A stretch of DNA of 30,320 nt, from the NCBI GenBank assembly GCA_038087875.1, contig JAXLNO010000076.1, forward strand, positions 62,001 to 92,320, read 5' to 3'. Both the position numbers and the translations under genes were made by a program. Each line of letters begins with the position of its first letter. Position 1 is the first letter of the stretch. Shown here one piece after another: positions 10,709 through 22,242 of the stretch. Origin of the DNA: Malacoraja senta. Taxonomy: Eukaryota. The notes beneath the pieces were generated by a model, which worked only from the letters and a program-made list of their open reading frames with translations, did no database searches and had not been told where the DNA came from.

Positions 10709-11437
10709 ATGGGATCTGGGGTCCTTGTTCATCAGTCTATGAAAGTAAGCATGCAGGTACAGCAGGCAGTGAAGAAAGCAAAATGCATGTTGGCCTTTAT
10801 AACAAGAGGAGTCGAGTATAGGAGCAAAGAGATCCTTCTGCAGTTGTACAGGGCCCTAGTGAGACCACACCTGGAGTATTGTGTGCAGTTTTGGTCCCCT
10901 AATTTGAGGAAGGACATTCTTGCTATTGAGGGAGTGCAGCGTAGGTTTACAAGGTTAATTCCCGGGATGGGGGGACTGTCATATGCTGAGAGAATGGAGC
11001 GGCTGGGCTTGTACACTCAGGAGTTTAGAAGGATGAGAGGGGATCTTATTGAAACATATAAGATTGTTAAGGGTTTGGACACGCTGGAGGCAGGAAACAT
11101 GTTCCCGATGTTGGGGAAGTCCAGAACCAGGGGCCACAGTTTAAGAATAAGGGGTAAGCCATTTAGAACGGAGACGAGGAAACACTTTTTCTCACAGAGA
11201 GTTGTGAGTCTGTGGAATTCTCTGCCTCAGAGGGCGGTGGAGGCCGGTTCTCTGGATACTTTCAAGAGAGAGCTAGATAGGACTCTGAAAGATAGCGGAG
11301 TCAGGGGATATGGGGAGAAGGCAGGAACGGGGTACTGATTGGGGATGCTCAGCCATGATCACATTGAATGGCAGTGCTGGCTCGAAGGGCCGAATGGCCT
11401 ACTCCTGCACCTATTGTCTATTGTCTATTGTCTATTG
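10709..11437 (+). mobile_element. 5'-truncated CR1 (HER1-like) LINE; RT C-terminus open to stop at 11338
   Basis: LYRALVRPHLEYCVQFWSP, RGDLIETYKI, RTRGHSLRI, FFSQRVVSLWNSLP; (CTATTGT)n tail at 11411-11437. Confidence 0.95.
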
Positions 11438-12240
11438 AAATAATAGGTTAGTTAATGGGCCTGAAAATGAATTCCAATTTACGGTTCTGATTCCTTAGTA
11501 TGTTTGGACTGTCTCAACCATCTGTTGCAGTGGAATACTTTGAAGCTATTAATGGATTCCTGAATGTAAATATAGGCAATAACTGTGCATGTTTAAATAG
11601 TGTGCGCCTACCACGCTGTTCTTCAGAAAATAACTTGTTTTTGATCCACTAAGTAGTCAATTTTCCTGCAATTAAGGGTTTGTTATTCTGTTCTGTTCTT
11701 ACCAGTTGTGTTGGGAGATGTTAAAAAGAGCACATGTTAATGCTCAGAATAAAGCTACTGTAAATACAATGAGTTGATCCATAAATTATATCATGTTGAG
11801 TTGCAAACAGTTCATCAAAGGAGAATGGAGAAGTCTATTCATCTCATTAGCCGTAGTAGAGTATGTTGGTGACCAGAGGCTGCAATTACCATGTCATTAT
11901 TAGAATGAAGCATGACAGTATTTTATTGTCATCAGGTATTTATTTAAACACTTTAATTACATAGCAAAGCAATCTCAAATCATTTGTCACACACTAATTT
12001 CTGGAAAGCTGTCCAGCAGTGATTAATACCAGTGCACTAAGCACTATGTAGAAACTGGAGGTACTTTTCTTTCTTTCTTTCCAACTGCTACACAATGAAT
12101 GTAAGCCTGAACCTGCTATGATTGGGTGTAAATAGGTGGTCCCTGAAAATGCTTGTGGGCATTGAGGTGCCTGATTTAACGCATGCCTGATGGTAAGAGG
12201 ATACAAAAGATATATGCTGTCTTCTTTTCATAATGATTTC

Positions 12241-12508
12241 AGTACGGTGGCAAAGTGGTAGAGATCCGGATCGATCCTGACCTCGGGTGCAGTCTGTACG
12301 GAGTTTGTAAGTACTCCCTGTGACCGCATGGGTTTACCCGGGTGCTCTGGTTTCCCCCCACACTCCAAGATGTACAGGTTTGTAGCTTAATTTGATTTGG
12401 TAAAAATTGTCCCTGGTGTGTAGGATAGTGTGGGGATAGCTGGTCGGCAGGGACTCAGTGGGACGAAGGGCCTGTTTCCATGCTGTATCTCTAAACTAAA
12501 CTAAACTA
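12241..12508 (+). mobile_element. HE1/V-SINE copy
   Basis: Head with B-box-like GGATCGATCC, V-domain, tail GCTGTATCTC(TAAAC)3. Confidence 0.85.
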
Positions 12509-14235
12509 CGCACTCAGGGTTAACCACACTGCTGTTTGATGAATTTCCTCAGCAGAGGTGCAATTAAGTTTGATAAACATCTTAAAGGTGAGGTGAAATG
12601 TATCAAAGCAGGCGCTGGATCTTCTACATCAGAAGCTGATCTGACGAATTCTCAGGAAGGATGCAACAAGATTTTTCTGATGCTCTAACATTGGCCTTGT
12701 TGCTGGAGATAGAGGGGAAAGGAGATGTATCTACATGGAGTCAAGTAGTTGTTCAAAAGCTTATTGAGAAGGCAGTGTAAGGAAATAGTTGTGCGGTATT
12801 GGGATAGAAACATAGAAACATAGAAAATAGGTGCAGGAGTAGGCCATTCGGCCCTTCGAGCCTGCACCACCATTCAATATGATCATGGCTGATCATCCAA
12901 CTCAGTATCCTGTACCTGCCTTCTCCCCTGATCCCTCTAGCCACAAGGGCCACATCTAACTCCCTCTTATTGTAAATATAGCCAATGAACTGGCCTCAAC
13001 TACCTTCTGTGGCAGAGAGTTCCAGAGATTCACCACTCTCTGTGTGAAAAAAGTTTTTCTCATCTCGGTCCTAAAGGATTTCCGCTCTATCCTTAAGCTG
13101 TGACCCCTTGTCCTGGACTTCCCCAACATCGGGAACAATCTTCCTGCATCTAACCTGTCCAACCCCTTAAGAATTTTGTAAGTTTCTATAAGATCCCCCC
13201 TCAATCTTCTAAATTCTAGCGAGTACAAGCCAAGTCTATCCAGTCTTTCTTCATATGAAAGTCCTGACATCCCAGGAATCAGTCTGGTGAACCTTCTCTG
13301 CACTCCCTCTATGGCAATAATGTCCTTCCTCAGATTTGGAGACCAAAACTGTACGCAATACTCCAGGTGTGGTCTCACCAAGACCCTGTACAACTGCAGT
13401 AGAACCTCCCTGCTCCTATACTCAAATCCGTTTGCTATGAATGCTAACATACCATTCGCTTTCTTCACTGCCTGCTGCACCTGCATGCCTACTTTCAATG
13501 ACTGGTGTGCCATGACACCCAGGTTTCGTTGCATCTCCCCTTTTCCTAATCGACCACAATTTAGATAATAGTCTGCTTTCTGTTTTTGCCACCAAAGTGG
13601 ATAACCTCACATTTATCCACATTATACTGCATCTGCCATGCATTTGCCCACTCACCCAGCCTATCCAAGTCACCTTGCAGCCTCCTAGCATTCTCCTCAC
13701 AGCTAAAACCCCTGTCTCACGGTGCGAGCTGACCCACGAGGTACCCCAAGCTTAAAACAAATTTAACTCGTGGTAATCACGTACAATTAACGTAGTGGGA
13801 ACGTCGGAACTCGTGGACGCAACTTAGCGACTCTTGGCGCTAACGGCAGGTACCCGTGAAACTTATTAACTCTTGAAAAAATTCAAACATGTTTAAACTT
13901 TTCCACGAGTAAAATGTACTCTTGAGGTTAAAAATTGAAACATTTAAACACGTTGTAAGAACGTAGTGGCCCGTGCGTTTACCTTAGTGACTCGTGAGTC
14001 TACCATGGGAACTCTTTAACTCAGCGGGCAGGCAGCATCTCTGGAGAGAAGGAATGGGTGATGGGATGACATTTCCAAATTGGGGGGGAGTGGGGGGTTG
14101 GAGGAGGGAGGGAGGGGGGGGTTGGAGGAGAGAGGGTGGAGAGTGGATGGAGAGGAGGGGGAGACAGATGGGGGTGTCTTCATTCACTAGCGGCGGGTGC
14201 CGGTCACTGAAACAGGCAGGTGAGATTTCACATCC

Positions 14236-14912
14236 ACCTTGTGTGTGTGTCTCTCTCCCTCTCACACAGGCTGAGAGACTCTGCCTCTGTGAGTGTACGT
14301 CTCTTTGTCCCCCTCTCCCACACACAGGAAGACCGAGGTAAGTCCATCTGTGTAAGTCCATCTGTGTCTCCCACATACACAGTAAAACTCTGCTTTGTGT
14401 GTATATACGTCTCCCCCCATTTCTCTCTTTCTCCCCCCCACCACCTCTCTCTTTCTCCCCCCCCCACCTCTCTCTTTCTCCCCCACACACAATAAGACTG
14501 ATGTATTCTGCTTAGTCTCTCTTCCCTCCCACACACACAGATAGACCGAGGTCCTGTGCGCTCTTTCTCTCTCCCCCACAGTCACGCCGAAGTACACCAC
14601 ACTGCCTCTGTGCCTCTCTCTCTCTGTCTCTCTCCCCTCTCTCCTTCATACACAGTCAGAGGTCCACACTATCTCTGTGTCTCTCTCTCCCCTACACACA
14701 CACACACTGCCCGTTGTGTGTGTGTGTGTGCCTCTGTCTCTCTCTCCCACACACACAGTTAAAGGTACTCCACGCTGCCTGTGTGTGTGTGTGTCTCTCT
14801 CTCTCTCTGTCCCACCCCCCACACCCACACACAGTCAGTCAGTCAGAGGAACTCCACACTGTGTGTGTGTGTGTGTGTGTGTGCGCCTCTGTCTCTCCCT
14901 ATCACAGTCAGA
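14236..14912. repeat. Composite (CA)n/(TG)n/(CT)n microsatellite-rich degenerate array
   Basis: Recurring blocks such as ..CACACACAGTCAGAGG..CCACAC..TGTGTGTG..CTCTCTC. Confidence 0.85.
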
Positions 14913-15100
14913 GTGAGGTACTCCCCCGCAGTCTCTCCGCGCCCTCTCCCTGGGCAGGGTGCATCTGCCTCCCTCAGGATGCCCAGGCAGTCAGACACGA
15001 CTCCGGTGGCAGGCTCCATGCACAGCTCCTGCCGGCCAGCTGGGAGCGGCGATGGAGGACAGGGGGAAGTTGGCCACCAGCAGGGCAGTCTCGGCTCTCC

Positions 15101-15152
15101 ATGCAGTCCGAGTCTCGCTGGATCCTCGTAATCCTCTGCCTCTGTCAAATGG
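15101..15152 (+). CDS. Candidate signal-peptide-like first coding exon (MQSESRWILVILCLCQMG) inside transposon cargo
   Basis: ATG at 15101, short hydrophobic core, phase-1 donor G/GTGAGT at 15153, GC-rich upstream region 14915-15100. Confidence 0.3.
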
Positions 15153-15842
15153 GTGAGTTTAACCTGAACAACCCCCCCCCCCAACCTCCCTCCACCTCAA
15201 CTCACGCCTGGGCACCAAAGCAGCTCAGGAGGCGAACCCTGAGCTCCGTCTCCCAACAATCTGATGTGCGCATCCGTGCACATTCAAAGATTTCATCTCC
15301 AGTCTCCCTGCAGTGTGTAGACCTGGCAGTAAATGCAATTAAAATATAGCAAACCTCCGCCTGCTGGTCTTCTAACTACGTGATGTGTGTTTCAAACAAA
15401 TCATCAGTATAACTGCTCTGGCACTGGACGGTGCGCATTTTCCCTGTGTAGGTCACATCAATAGATGCGGCCGCGCTGAATTCTATCTTTAACTCAAAGC
15501 CACAGGATGGAGATGTTGCTTATTAAAACAGACCTTCATTGAAGGTTGGCTCAAGAGTAACTCGGGAAAGGAACTTGTTAACTCGGGAGACGAACTTGGA
15601 ACATCGCAGAAATGACAGTTAACGGCAAACTTGAGTCTTAACCGTGGGAACTCAGTTAAACTCTTGATCATACACTTGGAATCTCGTGCACAACCACGAG
15701 TCTTTCGCTCGGGTACCTCGTGGGTCAACTCGCACCGTGAGACAGGGCTTTAACACTGCCCCCCAGCTTAGTGTCATCCGCAAACTTGGAGATGTTGCAT
15801 TCAATTCCCTCGTCCAAATCATTAATATGTGCTTCAAGAAGT

Positions 15843-16298
15843 TGGGTGGCCTGGTGGCGCAGAAGTTGAGTTGCTGCCTTACAGCGCCAGAGACCTGGGT
15901 TTGATTCTGACTACGGTTGGTGTCTGTACAGAGTTCAAGTTCAAGTTCATATTTATTGTCACGACCACCAATTAAGGGACAGTGATAAATGAGTTACCAT
16001 GCAGCCAAACAATTAATAGAACACAATACACGATAGAACTTAATATAAACATCCACCACAGTGATCACTGTGATGGAAGGCAAAAAGTTTGTATGTTCTC
16101 CCTGTGACCACATGGATTTTCTCTGGATGTTGCAGTTTTGTCCCACACTCCAAAGGCGTACCAGTTTGTAGGTTAATTGGCTTCGGTAAAAATTGTAAAT
16201 TGTCCCTAGAGTGTGGGATATTGTTGGTGTATGGGAATCGCTGGTCGGCGTGGACTCGGTGGGCCGTAGGACCTGTTTCTGCGCTGTATCTCTAAATT
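15843..16298 (+). mobile_element. HE1/V-SINE with nested antisense LINE-tail insert (about 15934-16086)
   Basis: SINE ..TGTACAGAGTT|TGTATGTTCTCCC.. is interrupted by (TTCAAG)n ATTTATTGTCAC... Confidence 0.8.
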
Positions 16299-16454
16299 AA
16301 AAACTGTTCACTTATCTCAATTGTGATCAAGGTAAAAGTTCAAATACCACATTCATGCAGATGCACCACGTCTCTCAGACACTGGTTAATACACTCCCAT
16401 CACCCATCCACAGTGCCCATCAGTCGGCATGACCATTCGGATCCTGAATGGAGC

Positions 16455-17125
16455 CTAAATTGAAGGCTGGTGAGGTAGAAAATGAAAATAAGGGGAACTC
16501 TATCCGTGCTGTGAGGGGAAGTACAGGAAAAGCAAGTTATTGATAAGAGCCCTGTGAAGTGTAATGGAGGACACACCATTAGGGGAATAGAAGACATCTT
16601 GGAAATGGGAATGGAAGACATCTTGGAAGCACTGAAGTAGAAAGTGTTGCCATTTAAGCAGGTAAGATAGAGCAGAGGAAAGTAAAATAGGGGGGAAAGG
16701 TTTCTGAGATAGTCCAAATGAATTTGAGTGCAGGGTCCTTATAGAATGGAGTCCTTATAGACAGCAGGGTGAGTGAAGGGGTAGTCAAGATAACTGTAGG
16801 AGGATTGCAATAGATATGGGCTGCTTATGTGTCCTCTGAGATGGAGATAGGGAAGATAAGACAGGGAATGGAGCTCAGTGAAAGCAAGTCATGGGCATGT
16901 CAAAGTGAGGGAAACAAAAGAGATGAAACTTCCATGTTCTGCAGGAAAGCAGAAACCACCGCCAACATTATTATCAATGTACTGGAGACAGTGGTAGGAC
17001 TGGGACGTGGAGTACTGTTTCATATGTCTCACAAAAAGACAGGCATAGCCTAGGCCCATGTGTGTTCCTACTCCTACACCTGTGATTTGGAGGAAGTGTG
17101 TGAAGTTAAAGGATAGAATTTGAGC
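16455..17125 (-). pseudogene. Penelope-like element reverse transcriptase remnant
   Basis: FTHFLQITGVGVGTHMGLGYACLFV (cf. QxxGxAMGTxMGPSYAxLF), QYIDN (YIDD position), SYLDYPFTHP..KDSI (thumb), DRVPLIF. Confidence 0.85.
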
Positions 17126-17170
17126 ACATTCTTCCCAGCATGGAGTTGATGGGCTGCTCATTGCAGACAT

Positions 17171-17700
17171 GGTTTAGTTTAGTTTATTATTGTCACCTGT
17201 ACTGAGGTACATTGAAAAGCGTTTGTTTGCATGCTATTCAGTCAGAGAAAAGAATATACATGAAAACATCTTTTTCCACCCTGCGTTCTATAAGGGGCGG
17301 CACAGTGGCGCAGTAGTAGGGCTGCTGCCTTACAGCATCAGAGACCTAGGTTTGATCCTGACTACGGGAGCTGCCTGAACAGAGTTTAAGCATTCTCCCC
17401 GTGACCGTGTGGGTTTTCTCCGGGTGCTCCGGTTTCCTGCCACATTCCACAGAAGTACAGGCTTGTAGGTTATTTGGCTTCATAAAAATTGTAAATTGTC
17501 CCTCGTGTATAGGAAAGTGCTAGTGTATGGGGATCGCTGGTCGGGGCGGACTCAGTGGGTCGAAGGGCTTGTTTCCGCGTTGTATCTCCAAATCTAAAAT
17601 TCTAAAACAATCAATCCATCCAGAGTGCACTGATAAAGGATGCAGGGTAGAAAAGTCAGTGCAAGGTATAACACTGAAGTCCGATACAGTTTGATTACTC
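17171..17700 (-). mobile_element. Rex1-type LINE 3' tail, interrupted by a SINE
   Basis: (GTTTA)n TTATTGTCACCTGTACTGAGGTACATTGAAAAGC; resumes at about 17606 with ACAATCAATCCATCCAGAGTG. Confidence 0.65.
17294..17605 (+). mobile_element. Near full-length HE1/V-SINE
   Basis: A-box TGGCGCAGTAG, B-box GGTTTGATCC, V-domain, CR1-like tail GAAGGGCTTGTTTCCGCGTTGTATCTC. Confidence 0.9.
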
Positions 17701-18105
17701 CCATTGATGGGGCAGGAGGTGGAGAGGTTTCTTAAGAATCCTCTTATGGGTGCCACAATGGCGCAGTGGTAAACCTGCTGCCTTATAGCGCCAGAGTCAA
17801 GGGTTCAATACTGACTACGTTTGCTGCCTGTGCAAAGTTCGCACATTCTCCTTGTGACCGCGTGGATTTTCTCCAGGTGCTTGAGTTTCCTCCTACATTC
17901 CAAAGACGTTCAGGTCTGTAGGTTATAGACAATAGACAATAGACAATAGGTGCAGGAGTAGGCCATTCGGCCCTTCGAGCCAGCACCGCCATTCAATGTG
18001 ATCATGGCTGATCATCCCTAGTCAGTACCCCGTTCCTGCCTTCTCCCCATATCCCCTGACTCCACTATTTTTAAGAGCCCTATCTAGCTCTCTCTTGAAA
18101 GCACC

Positions 18106-20652
18106 AAGGATATCAATAAAAGATTTGCTCAATTTTACCAGAATCTATACACATCTAAAACGTTAATAGACAATAATAAAATCTCAGAATTTTTAGATAA
18201 CTGTAACCTACCACAATTAGAACTGAGGGAACAAGAGGAACTGGGAGCACAAATTACTTCTAAGGAGATAGAAGACACAATAAAAACACTAAAGAATGGA
18301 AAAACACCAGGACCAGACGGATTCAGTAATGAATTTTATAAATCTTTTTATGACATAGTTACTCCACGATTACAGAAAATGTATACATATGCTTTTAAAG
18401 AGCAAAACTTACCTGAAACACTAGCAGAATCAACGATCATATTAATACTTAAAAAAGATAAAAATATAGAAGAACCAGGATCATATAGAGCTATTGCTTT
18501 GTTAAATACGGATCAAAAAATAATAGCGAAAACACTAGCCAGTAGACTAAGCAGGTATGTTAGTAGACTAATAAATGAGGATCAAACAGGATTTATACCT
18601 AAGAGACATTCATTTAATAATTTGAGACGTTTGCTTAACATAATGCACACATAAATCTCAGGACCAAGAGTTATTTATCATCTCACTGGATGCAGTAAAA
18701 AGCATTTGATCAAGTAGAATGGGACTATATGATTAAAGTATTGCAAAAATTCCAATTGGGAGAGAACTTCATTGCATGGATAAAACTATTATATAACAAA
18801 CCTACGGCTAGAATACTAACTAATAATATATTATCCTCAAAATTTGAACTATCAAGGGGCAATAGACAAGGATGTTCATTATCACCGCTGTTATTTGCTT
18901 TAGTAATTGAACCCCTTGCTGAAAAAATAAGAACACACATGGATATTTACGGTTATAATACAAAATATTCAAATAACAAAATATCCCTATATGCCGATGA
19001 TGTACATCACAAAACCACAAATTAGTGTACCAAATATATTAAATTTAATTGAGGACTTTGGATCCTTCTCAGGATATAGAATAAATTGGAACAAAAGTGA
19101 AATTATGTCGATAAAACCAAAAGACTCAACACACCTCAGGAAATTCCCCTTTAAAATAGCTACAGAAAAATTCAAATATTTGGGAATTGAAATTACTAGA
19201 AATTACCAGGATATGTTTAAAGCCAATTATAATTCCTTACTTAAGAAATTAAATAATATGATTAAATTCTGGAAAACACTTCCGATGTCCTTAATAGGCA
19301 GAATAAATGCTATAAAAATGATTTTCTTACCACAAATCCTATACCTATTTCAATCAATACGTATATATCTCCCAAAAAAGTTTTTCAAAAGATTGGACTC
19401 AGACATTACAAATTTTATATGGGATTATAAATCCCATAGAATACAAAGTGCACACCTTAATAAATGAAAAGAGTTGGGGGGTCTAGCGCTCCCTAACTTT
19501 ATGTATTATAATTGGGCAGTAAATATTAAAAATATGATTCACCTGCTGGACAATTCTGCCCAGCAGGCGGACTGGATTGTAATGGAAAAAGGGGACTGCT
19601 CCCCGAGTAATATAGGAGCGATTATTCTCTCTCCAATAAATTTGAATAATAAAAATTATAATAAAAATCCAATTATATATAGCACAATTAGAACATGGAA
19701 ACAAATAAAACAGAATCTAAAATTAAGAAACCTATCTCTCTCAATACCAATAGTTAATAACCCATTGTTTAAACCTTCAACCATAGACAAATCATTTATA
19801 CAATGGGAAAGAATGGGAATCAAAACGCTCGAAGATCTGTATGAATTGGGAAAATTACTATCATTTCAACAACTACAACTGAAATATAATTTGAAAAATA
19901 ACCAATATTTTAAATATCTACAAATTCGTGATTATCTGAAAAAATACACAAAAGACTATCATAATATGCCTTCCGACTTACTAGATGAAGCAATGAAGAC
20001 AAAGGCGGAATCAGCTAATCTAATATCGTACTTATATAATATCATTTTAAACATAGAAATACCCACAACAGATGGAATTAGAAGAGACTGGGAACAAGAA
20101 TTAGCTATAAAAATTTCAAAAGAGAGCTGGGATAACCATATACTACAGGTGCATAAATGTTCGATCAACGTACGACATACGCTCATCCAATTCAAAACAT
20201 TACATAGACTATATTATTCAAAAACTAAATTAAATAAAATCTTTCCTAATGTTTCACCAATCTGTGATAAATGTCTATGTCAAGAAGCTACCATAGCGCA
20301 TTCTTTTGTTTTTTGTACAAAAATCCAAAAATTCTGGTATGAAATATTTGATATTTTTTCAAAATTAATTAAAATAAAACTGGTACCAAAACCAGAATGG
20401 ATCATTTTTGGAATATCGGAAGGTATCCCTGAATTAAACGTGTATCAGAAGAACTTATTCAATTACGGGCTAATAATGGGAAAAAAGCTCATACTTAAAT
20501 TCTGGAAAAATGCGCCCACACCAACAATAAAAATGTGGACATCAAATATGTTTGAAACATTACATCTGGAAGAGATGAGATTCCTCTTAGCAGGTAAAGG
20601 AGACCAATTCCAAAAGACGTGGTCTACGTTTCTGGACCTATTACAAGCATGA
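18106..20652 (+). pseudogene. L1 ORF2 (RT plus C-terminal zinc knuckle), disrupted
   Basis: KTPGPDGF, SYRAIALLNTDQK, DQTGF, GNRQGCSLSPLLF, LYADD, FKYLGI, GGLALPNF, CDKC..H..C. Stops or frameshifts near 18654, 18700, 19000 and 19467. Confidence 0.93.
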
Positions 20653-21028
20653 GGTGCAATAGTAATTTAAAAAATAAATAAATAAATAAATGGTATCAGG
20701 ACCTGGTAATGGGAGGTAAAACAACAAAAACAGACTTGGTTGGTAGTCCCCTTTCTGCGATTGTTCCTACTTTCTTTTTCTTTCTTTTCTAGGGCCTACT
20801 TTCTTACTTTACTTCCTTCTCTAACTTCTTTTCTAAGGGGCTTTCTTTTCCCAACACTCTCTTGCACTTCACGACTCTTGCGCACTTTCTTTACTTTTCT
20901 TACTTCTATCTTTCTCTTAAAGCTCAAAAAAATGAAGCGGTATAAAAAATGTATTAAGATATAAGTGTTGTGTATTACTGTAATTTACCGTACTTCTAAT
21001 AAAAATAATTTAAAAAAAATAAAAAAAA
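18106..21028 (+). mobile_element. 5'-truncated L1 (LINE-1 clade), 2.9 kb
   Basis: TSD GAAAGCACC at 18097-18105 and 21029-21037; AATAAA at about 20998 followed by an A-rich tail. Confidence 0.95.
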
Positions 21029-22111
21029 GAAAGCACCCAGAGAACCTGCCTCCACCGCCCTCTGAGGCAGAGAATTTCACAGACTCACCACTCTCTGTGA
21101 GAAAAAGTGTTTCCTCGTCTCCGTTCTAAATGGCCTACTCCTTATTCTTAAACTGTGGCCCCTGATTCTGGACTCCCCCAACATCGGGAACATGTTTCCT
21201 GCCTCTATCGTGTCCAAACCCTTAACAATCTTATATGTTTCAATGAGATACCCTCTCATCCTTCTAAACTCCAGAGTGTACAAACTCAGCTGCTCCATTC
21301 TCTCAGCATATGACAGTCCCACCATCCCGGGAATTAACCTTGTAAACCTACGCTGCACTCCCTCAATAGCAAGAACGTCCTTCCTCAAATTAGGGGACCA
21401 AAACTGCACACAATACTCCAGGTTACTAGGCTTCTGTAAATTGTCCCTAGTCTGTACGATAGAACTAGTGTACGGGGATCGCTGGTGGACCGAAGGGCCT
21501 GCTGCCTCGCTGTATCTCTAAACTAGAAAGACCAATGATGTTTCACATACATGGATGCACATTGTAATGGATGGATGATTTGACCAAGCATATCTTCCAC
21601 AACGCTGGACCTTGGCATTTCTCTACTTTGCACGCTTCCTGTAGTGTGAAACCTGGTTCAATTTGATGAATAGTGCAAATGACAGCACAACAGTGCCATT
21701 GTAACCTGCAATTGAAATTCAGCTTGAATTGGCACCCTCAGCATTCAAAAGCACAGCATAGGTACTGCCTATCTTTAAGGCAGAAAATAGAAAATTCTTT
21801 ACAATTTTTGTGAACCTATTGTTTTGTTCATTGCCGAGTACACTTAGATCAATATTTAATTTATCTTACAGCTCCAAAACCCTAGCAAATCAAATGAGGA
21901 AAATTTTGATTTAACAATTGGTGAAAGGACGTGGAATTTCAAATCCATCAATCTTCCTATCATCTTCAGACAAAATCGTGTCAGTCCGCACAGTCTGCCC
22001 AGCTGCTGTTTGGCTTTAGACCAAACCATTCAAGTTGTGAATCTCAGAGCCCAGTAACAGAATTTTTTTTGTGTTCAACACTAAGTCAGCAATTTCATTC
22101 AATGTTTCTAG

Positions 22112-22182
22112 GTCGCTTGGCAGTTGATAGATTTTTGGCCTCGGAGGCTGCAGTTAATGACTTGCACTGGTACTGGAAGGCG
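22112..22182 (+). CDS. Candidate 71-nt internal exon, gene unidentified
   Basis: Acceptor TTTCATTCAATGTTTCTAG, donor GCG/GTGAGG, unique sequence; two of three frames open. Confidence 0.25.
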
Positions 22183-22242
22183 GTGAGGCAAAGTGGGTAG
22201 ATGCCAACTACAGGCCCTTTCGCAGGCTGGTTGGCATGAAAT

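Larger units (their letters stand above)
13707..15750. mobile_element. Non-autonomous PIF/Harbinger-type DNA transposon, 2,044 bp, with internal cargo
   Basis: TAA TSD at 13704-13706 and 15751-15753. About 40-bp TIRs (AACCCCTGTCTCACGGTGCGAGCTGACCCACGAGGTACCC / GGGTACCTCGTGGGTCAACTCGCACCGTGAGACAGGGCTT). Left arm is homologous to the MITE at 24461. Confidence 0.9.
12804..15828 (-). mobile_element. CR1 LINE (12804-13706 plus 15751-15828) split by a PIF/Harbinger-type element
   Basis: (TTTCTATG)n tail; RT C-terminus ORF 12956-13534; SKFADDTKLGGS at 15751-15790 joins seamlessly to ..SCEE at 13706 when the insert and one TAA are removed. Confidence 0.93.
17926..21423 (-). mobile_element. CR1 LINE 3' part (17926-18105 plus 21029-21423) split by L1
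   Basis: (ACAATAG)n tail; ORF 21077-21409 is near-identical to the CR1 at 10709. Confidence 0.92.
17749..21526 (+). mobile_element. HE1/V-SINE (17749-17925 plus 21420-21526) split by CR1 and L1
   Basis: SINE breaks after GTAGGTTA and resumes AGGTTACTAGGCTTCTGTAAATTGTCCC; AGGTTA duplicated at 17920-17925 and 21420-21425. Confidence 0.85.

Noticed and set aside
10709..11338. 209-aa ORF as a functional gene
   Set aside because: 5'-truncated CR1 RT C-terminus lacking the catalytic core.
11994..12206. Minus-strand acceptor-like site near 12188 with a 70-aa ORF
   Set aside because: No convincing donor and no recognisable homology.
13984..14916. Many overlapping ORFs on both strands
   Set aside because: Artefacts of stop-poor CA/CT microsatellite sequence.
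15250..15480. ASIDVTY on the minus strand as a Harbinger transposase (GAIDGTH-like) remnant
   Set aside because: Single weak motif with no downstream DDE motifs recognisable; needs an HMM test.
17294..17370. tRNA genes at SINE heads
   Set aside because: A and B boxes are present, but no clean cloverleaf is apparent and each is followed by the V-domain and LINE-derived tail.
19474..20652. 392-aa ORF as a host gene
   Set aside because: It is the C-terminal part of a disrupted L1 ORF2 within a TSD-flanked insertion.
21551..21705. Possible minus-strand exon (TTGCAG acceptor, GTATGT donor, one open frame)
   Set aside because: Weak polypyrimidine tract, no recognisable peptide, and not phase-compatible with the other minus-strand candidates; chance is likely.
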